From positions 51,721,622 through 51,755,838 of the forward strand of contig NC_068992.1 in NCBI RefSeq assembly GCF_001194135.2: DNA of 34,217 nucleotides, given 5' to 3'. Within the stretch, counting starts at the first letter, position 1; every line of letters starts with the position of its first letter. Position numbers and translations under genes: made by a program. The stretch is from Octopus bimaculoides (taxonomy: Eukaryota). The notes under the pieces are model-generated. The model was not told the DNA's origin and made no database searches. It worked only from the letters and a program-made list of their open reading frames with translations. This document shows, one piece after another, positions 12,190-24,424 of the stretch.

Positions 12190-12490
<301 letters not shown>

Positions 12491-12739
12491 CTTGATTCAT
12501 CCATATATATGTACTAACAGTAATACCTGTCGTTGATTGGCTCCTTACTTTTAAGCTTTCTTGGGAGACACATTCAAAGTGTTATTATATATATGTAATA
12601 TACTCCTCCTGTATGTGTGTATTTTATAAGGAAAAAAACAAAAGAAACAACAACGAACTTCTGTTTGTTTATTATGACAATAATAAGTGAGTTGTATGTA
12701 TTATTTTATATATCAATACAGTAATGGCAATTATATAAT

Positions 12740-12865
12740 TCACAAGGCTTTGGTCAGCACAGAACTGTTATGAAAGAGAATTGCCCAACATGCAACACAG
12801 TGGGACTGAACTCAAGGTGACATGGTTGGAAAGCAAGCTTCTCAACCACACAGTCACACCTATAA
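12740..12865 (-). mobile_element. SINE family A head fragment
   Basis: tcacaaggctttggtc...ttgcccaacatgc..cagtgggactgaactc. Confidence 0.8.
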
Positions 12866-12934
12866 AGGAGAGATACATTTTGAAGAATATACTCCTTGAT
12901 ACAATATGCTTAACAAAAAAAAGATGGGATGTTT

Positions 12935-13050
12935 ATCATGATCAAAGATGCCTATATTGTCAGCCACTAAGGGACATGCTCAAGTGGTTAAGATCAAGCA
13001 ACTGACATGCAAATCTGTGGTATTGAGCAGAATATTTGTTGTAATGATAT
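12935..13050. repeat. Family D repeat, second copy
   Basis: Aligns with 8724-8830. Confidence 0.75.
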
Positions 13051-13087
13051 TTCTATTGCAGCAACTCAGCACTGAATCCGTTTGAAA

Positions 13088-13385
13088 TCATCATCATCAT
13101 CATCATCATCGTTTAACGTCCACTTTCCATGCTAGCATGGGTTGGACGATTTGACTGAGGACTGGTGAAACCGGATGGCAACACCAGGCTCCAATCTAAT
13201 TGGCAGAGTTTCTACAGCTGGATGCCCTTCCTAACGCCTCAGAGAGTGTAGTGGGTGCTTTTACGTGTCACCCGCACGAAGGCCAGTCAGGCGGTACTGG
13301 CAACGGCCATGCTCATCTCGCTCGAGAAACCTCATGTGTCACCCGCACAAGAGCCAGTCCAGGGGCACCGGCAACGATCTCGCTC
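13088..13385 (-). mobile_element. RTE-tailed SINE (family C), young copy running into the gap
   Basis: (CAT)n tail then gtttaacgtccactttccatgctagcatgggttggacg; roughly 85-90% identical by eye to the reverse complement of 15545-15760. Confidence 0.9.
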
Positions 13386-14064
13386 NNNNNNNNNNNNNNN
13401 NNNNNNNNNNNNNNNNNNNNNNNNNNNNNNNNNNNNNNNNNNNNNNNNNNNNNNNNNNNNNNNNNNNNNNNNNNNNNNNNNNNNNNNNNNNNNNNNNNNN
13501 NNNNNNNNNNNNNNNNNNNNNNNNNNNNNNNNNNNNNNNNNNNNNNNNNNNNNNNNNNNNNNNNNNNNNNNNNNNNNNNNNNNNNNNNNNNNNNNNNNNN
13601 NNNNNNNNNNNNNNNNNNNNNNNNNNNNNNNNNNNNNNNNNNNNNNNNNNNNNNNNNNNNNNNNNNNNNNNNNNNNNNNNNNNNNNNNNNNNNNNNNNNN
13701 NNNNNNNNNNNNNNNNNNNNNNNNNNNNNNNNNNNNNNNNNNNNNNNNNNNNNNNNNNNNNNNNNNNNNNNNNNNNNNNNNNNNNNNNNNNNNNNNNNNN
13801 NNNNNNNNNNNNNNNNNNNNNNNNNNNNNNNNNNNNNNNNNNNNNNNNNNNNNNNNNNNNNNNNNNNNNNNNNNNNNNNNNNNNNNNNNNNNNNNNNNNN
13901 NNNNNNNNNNNNNNNNNNNNNNNNNNNNNNNNNNNNNNNNNNNNNNNNNNNNNNNNNNNNNNNNNNNNNNNNNNNNNNNNNNNNNNNNNNNNNNNNNNNN
14001 NNNNNNNNNNNNNNNNNNNNNNNNNNNNNNNNNNNNNNNNNNNNNNNNNNNNNNNNNNNNNNNN
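13386..14064. other. Assembly gap (679 N)
   Basis: N run. Confidence 0.99.
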
Positions 14065-14160
14065 AAAAAGAAAATGATGCAGTAATCATTCATACACATT
14101 TGTTTCTAAATTTAAACAATATTTTAGATTTATTTTCAAGTATTATATTGAAATTCACAG

Positions 14161-14199
14161 GAGAAGTATGTTTTGACAGTTCCCCATTTGACTGACAAG
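14161..14199 (+). CDS. Tentative micro-exon (39 nt, EKYVLTVPHLTDK, phase 0 to 0)
   Basis: Acceptor tgaaattcacag|G, strong donor AAG|gtatgc, open phase-0 frame continuing from 11663. Confidence 0.42.
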
Positions 14200-14732
14200 G
14201 TATGCACAGCTCATCTTAACAAGAACAAACATTGAGTACCTCTTACTATTATGATATAAAAATATCCTATCTTCAATGAAAATATTTAGTTTGGTTGATA
14301 GCTTTCAAATAAATCTTTCAGAAGAATTATTTAAAAAAAAAACAAAAAAAACAAAACAAGACAAAACAAAAGAAACACAATACAGTGTAGAAAAATATTT
14401 TCAATACTTACTGAAACATTACTGTCAGAAAGATGTGTCAGCATCTTTTCAGAAAATAAAAGATGAAAAAAAAAAAAAAAGAAAGAGAGAAAAAGGTTAT
14501 TCTCTTCACCTCATCACTCACTTCTGTTTAGATTATTTATATTGTGTGTGTATAATACAGCTACTGTTTCCGTCATCACTCCGGGCTTATTATCATATTC
14601 TAATGTGCAGATGTTTTTGTTCACATAAATCTTTTTAAAACTACAGACACAAAAATGGACCTTAATCTTCTTCAAATTTAGGATGAGGTTTTTGAACTAG
14701 GGCAGCTGAAATGTACTAGGGAACACTTTATA

Positions 14733-14820
14733 TAAGACGAGATGTCAGTGTTATCTTCCTTTTTGCATAATTTGGATGACAATTTATTCACCACACCGTG
14801 TATGTATATTTGTGTGTGTA

Positions 14821-14856
<36 letters not shown>

Positions 14857-14901
14857 ACTTATGTAAATGGCAAGTCTTTAGGTTCTCCTTACTCTCGATG
14901 T
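14733..14901 (+). repeat. Local duplicate of 11111-11269 (mariner right end, TA, TG microsatellite and unique flank)
   Basis: Near-identical: taagacgagatgtcagtgttatcttcc...caccacaccgtgta...gacttatgtaaatggcaagtctttaggttctcc. Confidence 0.93.
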
Positions 14902-14960
14902 GTGTTTATCACATGCTAATAAATATGCTAATAAATATATAATCTTTGTTTACAAACTAG

Positions 14961-15010
14961 GGTACTTTCTTTGTGGTACATCAGGAAGCACGATCTTTAG
15001 TCAGATTCTG
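14961..15010 (+). CDS. Very tentative exon (50 nt, GTFFVVHQEARSLVRF, phase 0 to 2)
   Basis: Acceptor tttgtttacaaactag|G, weak donor CTG|gtacct; open frame. Confidence 0.25.
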
Positions 15011-15086
15011 GTACCTATTTTAGAATTGAAGAAATATGATATTATCCGCTTAATAAATCACAACTCTGTGAAGACCTTCAGCTAGC

Positions 15087-15772
15087 GAAGACCTTCGGCT
15101 TGCAAAGACCTGTTGGGGCAAGCAAAAGCGAAATCGAGATGGCACTTGTACCAGTGTGGCATGTAAATAGCACCAGCGTGATAGTTACCAATGTAGCCTC
15201 CCTGGCACTTGTGCCAGTGGCATGTGAAAAGACATTCGAGCAAGATCGTTCATCGCCTTCCTGGCACTTGTGCCCATGGCACATGTAAAGACATTTGAGC
15301 AAGATCGTTCGTCGCCTTCCTGGTACTTGTGCCCGTGACACGTGAAAAGACATTCAAGCAAGATCGTTGCCAATGCCGATGGGCTGGCCCCTATGCAGGC
15401 GACACGTAAAATACACCTTTTCGCGCGTGGCTGTTGATCGTTACCAACGTCGCCTCCCTGGCACGTGAAAAGACATTCGAGCGAGATCATTGCCAGTACT
15501 GCTGGACTGGCTCCTGTGCAGGTGGCACGTAAAGTACACAATTTTGAGTGTGGCCGTTGCCAGTACCGCCTGACTGGCCTTCGTGCCGGTGGCACGTAAA
15601 AGCACCCCCTACACTCTCGGAGTGGTTGGCATTAGGAAGGGCATCCAGCCGTAGAAACTCTGCCAAATCAGATTAGAGCCTGGTGTAGCCACCTGGTTCA
15701 CTAGTCCTCAGTCAAATCGTCCAACCCATGCTAGCATGTAACGGTGACGTTAAACGATGATGATGATGGTGA
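15087..15772 (+). mobile_element. RTE-tailed SINE (family C) with an expanded internal tandem array
   Basis: Repeated units cctggcacttgtgcc.gtggca(c/t)gtgaaaagacattcgagcaagatcgtt, then the conserved 3' body and ccaacccatgctagcatg...gttaaacgatgatgatgatg tail. Confidence 0.9.
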
Positions 15773-17107
15773 AGCAAAATGTGAAATAGAAGCAGGTTAC
15801 TTGTTGTGTATTAACAAAATGACCCTATTAATGTACATCAATCACAACACACAATTTCACATGAAGAAATCGCGCAAATCAAATACAATAATAAAAGAAA
15901 TTATAACAATTTTCTGTTATATTTTATAATTATGTCACAGGATATCACACAATACTGGTTAATATTCTTTAATGAACTACCTAAAGGCTACTTAAATTAT
16001 TTCCTTTTCTTAGTATCCCGTCCAATTAAAAAACAGTCACATACAGAGCAACTGATTTTAAGGATTGCTATTAAATAATATTGACTGTGCAGTGTGTACT
16101 GCCAGCAGAAACATACTTCACTGCCGTAAAACAGAAATGGCACACCTTAAATACAAAATAAAAGGAAAGTAGCTAATTGAAAGAGTCATCTATAAGTCAC
16201 CATAGTTGGGTTTCTCAGCCATTTAGCTATGTCATTTATTATAGTACTACATTCATATCAGTTGATAATAGAGTTTCTAAAGCCATGTGCCTGTATGAAA
16301 TCAATCAGTTTCTCAGGAAATTTACAACAAAGAATTACCTCGTTATTAGATTTAGATATTGGTCTGTTATAATGCCGCATCACTTTTGAAGTATACCTCT
16401 TTTGATTTTTGGCTTATGTGGAATGTTAAACACACTGATACAAAAATGAAGTTCAAAGTCTTGGTGGTCGGAACTTATAACAGGACCTCAAAATATTTAA
16501 TGCAGTTGCACCATGGAGAAATCACAAAGGGAGAATGACTGAAGTAGTTGATGTTCCCCACTGTTTGACAAAATTATCTTCGATTACATTAAAATTCCAT
16601 TACAGATTAACAGCATGACATTCTCTTTATCCTTGAAATCCTTCCAGCTATGCCTCATCATATAAAACGAACCCATCATTATTGATTTCTTTTCCTTCTC
16701 CATCCAATAACAACACAAGATTAGACAAACATCTTTTTATTGGCATACCAATGTATATGCTACTTCTGATGAAGTTTAAATTCAATTTAAAATTCATAGA
16801 TAACCAAACTATTTAAGCTTCTCATAATGCCTTCTTGAAAATATACCTGCTGTAATTTATTTACAAATGTTTCTTGTCATTTTGGCTTTAATTATTTCTT
16901 CAATGCTTTAACCACACAATCTTACCAAACTTTTGAAATAAGTCTTTACTGCTGCTCCCATAACTTAAACACTCCCATTACCGTAGGTTTTATTTGGATC
17001 TGTTCTTATTTCTAATATATATTTACACATTGACTTTGATTTGATGGTCGTGTAAAATTCAATAAGCAATAATTTATATTATGTGTACATATATATATAT
17101 ATATATA

Positions 17108-17713
17108 NNNNNNNNNNNNNNNNNNNNNNNNNNNNNNNNNNNNNNNNNNNNNNNNNNNNNNNNNNNNNNNNNNNNNNNNNNNNNNNNNNNNNNNNNNNNN
17201 NNNNNNNNNNNNNNNNNNNNNNNNNNNNNNNNNNNNNNNNNNNNNNNNNNNNNNNNNNNNNNNNNNNNNNNNNNNNNNNNNNNNNNNNNNNNNNNNNNNN
17301 NNNNNNNNNNNNNNNNNNNNNNNNNNNNNNNNNNNNNNNNNNNNNNNNNNNNNNNNNNNNNNNNNNNNNNNNNNNNNNNNNNNNNNNNNNNNNNNNNNNN
17401 NNNNNNNNNNNNNNNNNNNNNNNNNNNNNNNNNNNNNNNNNNNNNNNNNNNNNNNNNNNNNNNNNNNNNNNNNNNNNNNNNNNNNNNNNNNNNNNNNNNN
17501 NNNNNNNNNNNNNNNNNNNNNNNNNNNNNNNNNNNNNNNNNNNNNNNNNNNNNNNNNNNNNNNNNNNNNNNNNNNNNNNNNNNNNNNNNNNNNNNNNNNN
17601 NNNNNNNNNNNNNNNNNNNNNNNNNNNNNNNNNNNNNNNNNNNNNNNNNNNNNNNNNNNNNNNNNNNNNNNNNNNNNNNNNNNNNNNNNNNNNNNNNNNN
17701 NNNNNNNNNNNNN
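17108..17713. other. Assembly gap (606 N), left edge at a (TA)n repeat
   Basis: N run. Confidence 0.99.
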
Positions 17714-17784
17714 CGAGTATTAAACTAATACACCTTTTTGTTGTTTATACACTTGCTTTCTGTTTTTTATTTTGGTAAATTCCA

Positions 17785-17788
<4 letters not shown>

Positions 17789-17858
<70 letters not shown>

Positions 17859-17860
17859 TC
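17789..17860. repeat. (TA)n(TATG)n microsatellite
   Basis: Directly visible. Confidence 0.95.
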
Positions 17861-17871
17861 TATGCAATTAG

Positions 17872-18300
17872 TGGAATTTTAATGTCCTCTTTTCCATTGA
17901 GCAGGCAAAGTCCATTACGGCAGAGATTCTGTGATGGGATGTTCTTCGTGTTGCCAACTTTCACCTGTTTCAAAGCAAGGTAATATTTCCCCATGCCCAG
18001 ATATGTTTACTTAGAAAATTAGGAGTAAATGACACTGCTTTTATGATAGTGAGTCTTGTTTACAACTATCATGAGATGTCAAAACAAGAAAACAAAAACA
18101 CACATAGATGCGCATATACTCACATATTTATAATGGGTTTCTCACCATTTCCATCTACCAGCATTCCTCTGAAATCATTTGTTTGATTCAAAGTTGTAGA
18201 TGAAGTCACTTACTCATAGTGCTACACAATGGGACTGAACTTAAAATCATTTGGCAAAGAAGCAATTATCATAATCATACAGCCATGACTATGTCTGTAG
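17872..18300 (-). mobile_element. Chimeric SINE: family-A head/core with an RTE-like alternative tail
   Basis: 18130-18300 matches the family-A head (caatgggactgaac, catacagccatg); 17872-18100 matches 19490-19690 rather than the family-A tail. Confidence 0.65.
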
Positions 18301-19473
18301 CTATTTGTCCTGATAACCACAAGTTTTGTCTTTGTTGGGCTTACTTTAGGATTCATCAATTCTATGTTTTGCTTCCACTATTTGAAGTTCTTCTCTAAAT
18401 ATTTGATAGATCCAATCAAGAGAATTTGATATTCAGCATACAAGAGTTACAATGTGCTGTGGGATTTAAACTCCTTTAACAAATTTCCTTCTAACATATG
18501 TTTTTACCAATATTCATAATTGTTTCTAGAAATAAATTGTAAATGCATAATCTCGTAACTTTTAAAATATAACCTTTTGAATTTGTGTATAGAATACCAG
18601 TATAGAATAACAATATAGACGATTAATCTTAGACAAAATAATACATTCTTGCTATTCAAGAATTACAATGCAAAAGGAGATTTATTACATATTTCAAAGA
18701 AATAATTCTGCAAATATATTAAATGGATTTTGAAACAAGGAAGTTGTTTATCTTTTAGCACTTATTGTTTTTGGTTAGTCTGCGAGGAAACAATATACGT
18801 TAAAGTTTCTAAATATTTCTTGTAATTATTTAAATTTGATTAATATAAGCTAAAGCCTTATTGAAATTGCAATGCTCGTTAGATTTTCTTTGAAAATAAT
18901 GTTGAAATCTCAATTACATTTTGTACAGAAGTCTGTCACACACATGCGTTTGTGTGTGTATATGTGTGCGTGTGTGTGTATGTGTGTGTGTGTATTCTTC
19001 TACTTCTTTTATTGTCTGTCATAAGTCAATCACGACAATTCTTGTTCAATAATCATCTCTGGCAGGCTTACATAAGAGCTACAAGGCTTGTTCTTGATCT
19101 GCAACAACGATGACATCTGCTGTAGGTGAAACTACTTGACACAATAGAGAAGTGATGCTTCTCATGGGCTCTTTTGTATTCTCTCTGTTGTTTTCTCTCA
19201 TGACAGTTATAAAAAGGATTCACCATCTCTATGACATCTTTTGGTAGTTCGGTGATGAAGACTTCATGGTCACAACTCTTGTAAATAATGCACCCAGAGA
19301 TCAGTGCTTTAACCTTATGATTATGAAGAGAATAAAAATACTTTACTTAAAGAACAAATAAGTGTTAGCAAGGAGCAGGGCATCCAGCTGTACAATTTTG
19401 TCTCCACAAGTTTCAGTCAACACTTGTAAGCAAAGAAAAAAACTGAATGGAAATCAATGACGGTGATATAATG

Positions 19474-19770
19474 TATCATCATCATCATCTTTTTAACGTA
19501 CACTTTTCCATGTTTGCATGGGTCAGATGGAATTTGTTGAGGCAAATCTTCTGACGTCAGATGTCATTCTTGTTGCCAACGCTCACATGTTTGCAAGTAA
19601 AGTGATATTTTCCCATTGTCAGGGATGGTTTCATGCAGGACTGGAAATGAAATTTTATTGTGCCACTCATCAACTTATAAAAGATGGTAATACGAGTAGA
19701 TACATGCACACACAACTTCTTTCAGTTTCCATCTCTGAAATTCATTCACAGTGGTTGTTGGAAAACAAAC
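19474..19770 (-). mobile_element. Chimeric SINE: RTE-like tail joined to the family-A core
   Basis: (CAT)n then ttttaacgtacacttttccatgtttgcatggg tail; joined via acacacaa to cttctttcagtttccatctctgaaattcattcac (family-A core). Confidence 0.7.
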
Positions 19771-19797
19771 ATGTTAACACACAGTCATGTCTATTCC

Positions 19798-19840
<43 letters not shown>

Positions 19841-20021
19841 TTATACATACATATGATTTGATGCACTCACTGTGTGACAATCAAACCTTTCAAGTTTCTC
19901 CTCTAATGTTGATCATGCTAAACTTCCACCATTGCATGTACTCAGAGGTCTTCTCTGTTCAAGGGTAGGCTATAGTGTAATACAAACAGCACACCAATAA
20001 TAAAAGCATTGACTTGGCACT

Positions 20022-20057
<36 letters not shown>

Positions 20058-20190
20058 CATACATACTTATACACACACACACACACACTCACCTCACTCA
20101 CACATGCATATTAATCTCTGAAAGGACTCAGGTTTGGAATTCTTATTGTCCTCTTTTTCTCATTTGATTTGTTGTTCACTTTCATTTCAG

Positions 20191-20226
20191 CCAATGGGCA
20201 GATGTTTTTACTTTTGCACCTCCGAT
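20191..20226 (+). CDS. Very tentative exon (36 nt, (C)QWADVFTFAPP, phase 2 to 2)
   Basis: Strong acceptor ttgttcactttcatttcag, weak donor GAT|gtaaaa; phase fits 15010. Confidence 0.22.
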
Positions 20227-21159
20227 GTAAAAGAGCCCCAGCTATAAATTCTATGACAGCTCTTGTTTGATGATTATATCAAATAGATTACTGGATGGAA
20301 AAGAACTACAAGCTATCAATAATGCAACTAATGGCAGAGGATATATGAGGAAGAGACCAATGTTTACAGTAAGTCTAGTGGTTCCGATGCTTGTGTGTCA
20401 TTTATGAAATGATGGAAGATTAAGACAAAGGGTGACACACTCAATGGCAGACTTGTTCAACCCATAGTTGGACAGGACTGTGCCATAATTTTGTAAAACA
20501 CATAGTAAAATATAATTAATATAATTAATATAATTATAAAATATGATTAATTACTTTATTGATAAATATGATTAATCACTTTATTGAAGCTGAAACTGAA
20601 TTTCTCTCAGTAAAGCTAGAATTTATCAATTCATAATGTATTTCTCTATAATATATTAAGAACTGAGTCGTATTATTGGAATTCTAAAACTTAGGGTTAT
20701 CTGTCTTCATTTAGAAGATTTCTGTCTCCCAGATAGAGAACACTGTTAGCAGAATGTCAATTGAGGGGTGTGATATGTATTTAATTATATACAGTTCTTT
20801 ACTAATCAATCTATATGAAAGACTATGAATTAAATTTTGAAATCCAGAATATATATCCAATTTGCTAATGTTAGAATCCTAACCAAAATTGTTCCAGTAG
20901 CTTATTGGTGTATGAGATTATCTTTTTGAAATAGCATACCAAATTTATTCTATACAAAAATATATTTATATAGAATATAATTATAGCTTAGCTTCAAAAT
21001 ATTTCTAGGTTCATAAATCCACAGAGAGAACATAGAAATTCTAAGATTATTTTTGAATATATTTCATTAGAGATAGCTAATTAATTAACAAGCTTTAGTA
21101 GCCAACAAATCTCAAAATCCACAATATTTATAATCATTTAATTCATTGGCTCAATATCA

Positions 21160-21345
21160 CAAATTTTCTGGTGGAGTGGTTCAATTACATTTAATTTTAT
21201 TTACTGCTTCTTATTTTATTGTCCCTAGAATGCTGAAAGACAATGTTTGTTCCTGGAATTATTTGCACTCAGGATGTGAAGGATTGTAAGGGAATATAGC
21301 AAAGCATGCTTTATTCAGTAATTTACTGGTTCCATAAATCCATTG
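21160..21345 (-). mobile_element. Old SINE family B remnant
   Basis: cttattttattgtccctagaatgctgaaagacaatgtt...tttgcactcaggatgtgaag aligns to the reverse complement of the Nin core and B box. Confidence 0.6.
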
Positions 21346-21803
21346 CACTCTGAAATTCCTGAAACACTTGGCTTACTTCAATAGTTGAATAATTCTATTG
21401 TATAAATTATTAGTTTATAATGTTCACTTGTTCATAACATGTACCACTAATTGTAGGCTAAGAAATTTCTGAGAAACTCTGCTCTGTATTACATATAGTG
21501 TTTCTCTTTAGTTTTACGATGTATAGAAAAGGAAGTGTTTAGTCATATATATTATAATTGCTATAAAATGTTCTCAAATCCTCTATACAATATGCAAATT
21601 CTAAATTGGCATTTCAATTTTACTTTTATTGGCTTTAAAGGTGTGTCTGTTGTGCAGTCAACCAGAATAGAGAGTTATAACAGGCAAAAAGGTAAAATGC
21701 AAATATTCCCAAAAGGTCCATTTGTTCTCAATAAAATTCAGCAAACACCGGTCTATGATTAATCTTTATATTTTGTATCCTTTCATTTGTCTTGCTCGCT
21801 TAC

Positions 21804-21871
21804 ATTCTGGTGTTTGTTGAATTTTCTTGAGAACAATATTTTCTTAGTGGTCAGACCAAAGTGGTCTACTT
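21804..21871 (-). CDS. Tentative exon of the minus-strand chain ((E)VDHFGLTTKKILFSRKFNKHQN, phase 1 to 0)
   Basis: Acceptor gattttgctag, donor AAT|gtaagc, 68-nt open frame. Confidence 0.28.
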
Positions 21872-22024
21872 CTAGCAAAATCGATGTCCACTTAGTTGTC
21901 ATCCCTCTTATATGTATGCAATATAATTTTTCTGAATCTTCAGAATTTTTCAATATGCTAGGCCACTGGTTTTAAATTGATATTAATCAAATTGATATTC
22001 AATTTTTCACCCAGTATCTACGTT

Positions 22025-22165
22025 TGTGTCTTTTTCCTTGTAACTTAGCGGTTTGGCAAAAAGAGGCTGAAAGACTAAGTATTGGGGCCGATTTGCTTGA
22101 CTGGACATTTTAAGGTGGTTCCACAGCATGGCTGAAGTCTAAGGATGGAGAACGGTAAAAAATAA
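22025..22165 (-). mobile_element. SINE family A tail fragment
   Basis: gtaacttagcggtttggcaaaaagag and ggggccgatttgcttgact...ttccacagcatggc are family-A tail motifs; as written they read in the same sense as the 1590-1970 copy, so the orientation call is uncertain. Confidence 0.55.
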
Positions 22166-22289
22166 AAGATATGATATCCCAAATTGTTAATATTTATAGA
22201 GAAAAAATATGTAAGACTGAAATGAATTAAGATAACTTTCTGTTTAGAAAGTGAAACAAATGATACAATAGTGATGATGATGATGATGA

Positions 22290-22500
22290 TTTCTAGCTTT
22301 GGCACATTGCTGCTAATTATGCAGGGTGGAGGCTAGTCATAGATGCCACTGATTCAGTATTTGACTGGTACTTTTTTATTGAATGTGGAGGGGAAGAGAA
22401 GCAAATCAATTTCAGTGGTATTTGAACCCAAATCATAAAGAGCCGGAAGAAATACTCCAAGGCATTTTTTCCTGCTGTTCTAATTACTCTGCCAACTAAT
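22290..22500 (-). mobile_element. SINE family B, decayed
   Basis: gactggtacttttttatt...gtatttgaacccaaa...actctgccaac is the reverse complement of the family-B layout. Confidence 0.7.
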
Positions 22501-23134
22501 AACAGCAACATGATGAATATTAATGTAACACTCTCACTTGCGTATTGAGTGTATTTTATAAATATCTCGTTAGTTTCCTAGTTTTTATGGTTGCATCTGT
22601 ATTTAGTACGTTGCCTTAAGGTACTCTGACATATAATTTCAGAATTAATGCAGTGGAAATGTGTTGATTGACTAGCTTAAGAGCTCCCTCATTGGATTGG
22701 ACGTTTGGTAGATTAAAGGTTCTTAGTAAAGTTAATTAAAATTTGTAGCTGTGAGATTAATTACATTTAGTTGGTGTAATTGTAATTTTTCAAAGGTCAG
22801 ATCTCTTTATCCTCCATAATTTCATGTTATTTAAAAATAAAAATAAATAAAAGGTTTTTAAAACATACATGTCACTAAAGATCTTAGCAAAAGCATGAAG
22901 GGATATTATTTCTTTCTTTTTAAAAATCTAATTACTGCAAAAACACCAAAAATTCAAAACTATGATTCAAATGGGAAGAAAATTCTGGAAAAATTTATTT
23001 TCTTATCAGCAGATTTAATCTTTGGTGCATTTTCAGAAAGAAAATTCAGCTGTAAAATGTGACAGAGTGATGCAGTGAAAGTACGCTGTGCTCCTAACAT
23101 GGAGTATTATAGATCAAATCTATGTTCTATTCAC

Positions 23135-23205
23135 AACCCATACCAGCATGGAAAGTGAATGTTAAATGATGATGATGATGAAGATGATGATGAAGATGAT
23201 GATCT
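23135..23205 (+). mobile_element. Family C/RTE tail remnant with (GAT)n
   Basis: caacccataccagcatggaaagtgaatgttaaatgatgatgatg. Confidence 0.75.
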
Positions 23206-24209
23206 TATGAAAAATAGAGCTGGAGTTTTCTGCGAGTCACATTGCCTCAATAAACTTGACATATTTCAGCAGAAAATAGTTTCAAACATGACACTCATAT
23301 ATAAAACTGCTTTTCACAGTTAGGGTTATGAAAATCTGAGTGAATACATCTGCTTTCTGCAGTAAAAGGGTTAATTCTGAGACAGTAAAGACTGATTTGA
23401 GAAAGATTTTGGTTGCTACTTTTTGTAGATCAAAAGACCATGTAGAGGCACTCTCTCTCTCTCTCACTTGTTAGCTAGTGTAATGATAGTTAAAATGGTT
23501 AGGCTATATTAGATAGGCAGGAGGGGAAGTTATAAATCAGAGAAGGTTAGGTGGAGGAGAAAATTGCTGTATGATGGCTCACTGATTAGAATAGAATTCA
23601 TAAAGGACAGTTTAACTTAATATGCCAGTGCAATAATAAAAGAAATTATGAAACATTTAACTTTAGTTCTAATTTGTTTGCTATTCTATCTTTTTAACAG
23701 AGCAATAAAACATCAATATAATATTGGATATTGATTTATGATCTTCAAAACAAGTTAGAGGCTAAAATGTTCCAATAAACAAGTTTATTTCTCATTACTG
23801 GTTTGAAAAAGTTCATTATCTCCTTCTTTGTATCTGTAAACTGTTGCCAAATATTTATGTCACACCTAAGCCAATTAGGAGAGCAAATATTGAAATATTG
23901 GTGATTGTCAAGACTATAGCACTAAGTGGATTCAAATCTCTAAATTGAAATGGTTCCTCATATAAATGGTACATTATAAAGAAACCATGAGAAAGAAAGA
24001 AACATAGAAATACAACTATAGAAAACTAAAATTTGTTGTTCATTTGATTTATCATTCGCTTTTAGTTCTCACGTCTGTTTTTCCATACTAGCATGAGTTC
24101 AATAAATATACAATAGAAGTTAACCTGTTGCTTAGATTTTCAAATCTTTGGTCAGAATGGAACTATAGTTAAAGACACTGCAGAAGTGTAGCATTCCTGT
24201 AAATCTTAC

Positions 24210-24265
24210 CATAATGTGGACATCCTAAAATGAATCTTGTTTTCTCTTTCTCTTCCACGTCATTG
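24210..24265 (-). CDS. Tentative exon of the minus-strand chain ((I)NDVEEKEKTRFILGCPHY(E), phase 2 to 1)
   Basis: Long pyrimidine tract ttttccctttgatttccatcaag, donor ATG|gtaaga, single open frame. Confidence 0.3.
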
Positions 24266-24424
24266 CTTGATGGAAATCAAAGGGAAAATAGATTTTACAT
24301 CAAGAAATTTGACATTATATTTTGGTCAATGATTCTGTAATGTGGGAGATAAGTGTATCTTGGTCACCCATACATTAGAAAAGTGTAAGAACAAGTCTGA
24401 ATTTAAAATGGAAATTCATTAACT

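Noticed and set aside
13200-14195. Five long ORFs (255-331 aa)
   Set aside because: Artefacts of the 679-N gap; the real residues come from a family-C SINE
15078-15595. Repetitive 62-136 aa ORFs with Cys/His motifs
   Set aside because: Frames through the tandem array of a non-coding SINE
15110-15600. CRISPR-like repeat/spacer appearance
   Set aside because: Eukaryotic context, the spacers are themselves related, no cas genes; it is a SINE-internal minisatellite
16440-17080. Possible degenerate coding relic on either strand
   Set aside because: Many stops and no recognisable transposase or RT motif
17081-17778. 215- and 231-aa ORFs
   Set aside because: N-gap artefacts
20287-20388. Plus-strand segment LLDGKELQAINNATNGRGYMRKRPMFT ending at ACA|gtaagt
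   Set aside because: Needs a 60-nt intron and a weak acceptor; no family resemblance
21229-21285. Attractive plus-strand exon (MLKDNVCSWNYLHSGCEG) with good AG/GT sites
   Set aside because: Lies wholly within a decayed antisense family-B SINE; real only if exonised. It shows how easily false exons appear here.
23701-23734. Possible terminal exon (AIKHQYNIGY*) after a strong acceptor
   Set aside because: Its phase link depended on the rejected 21229 exon
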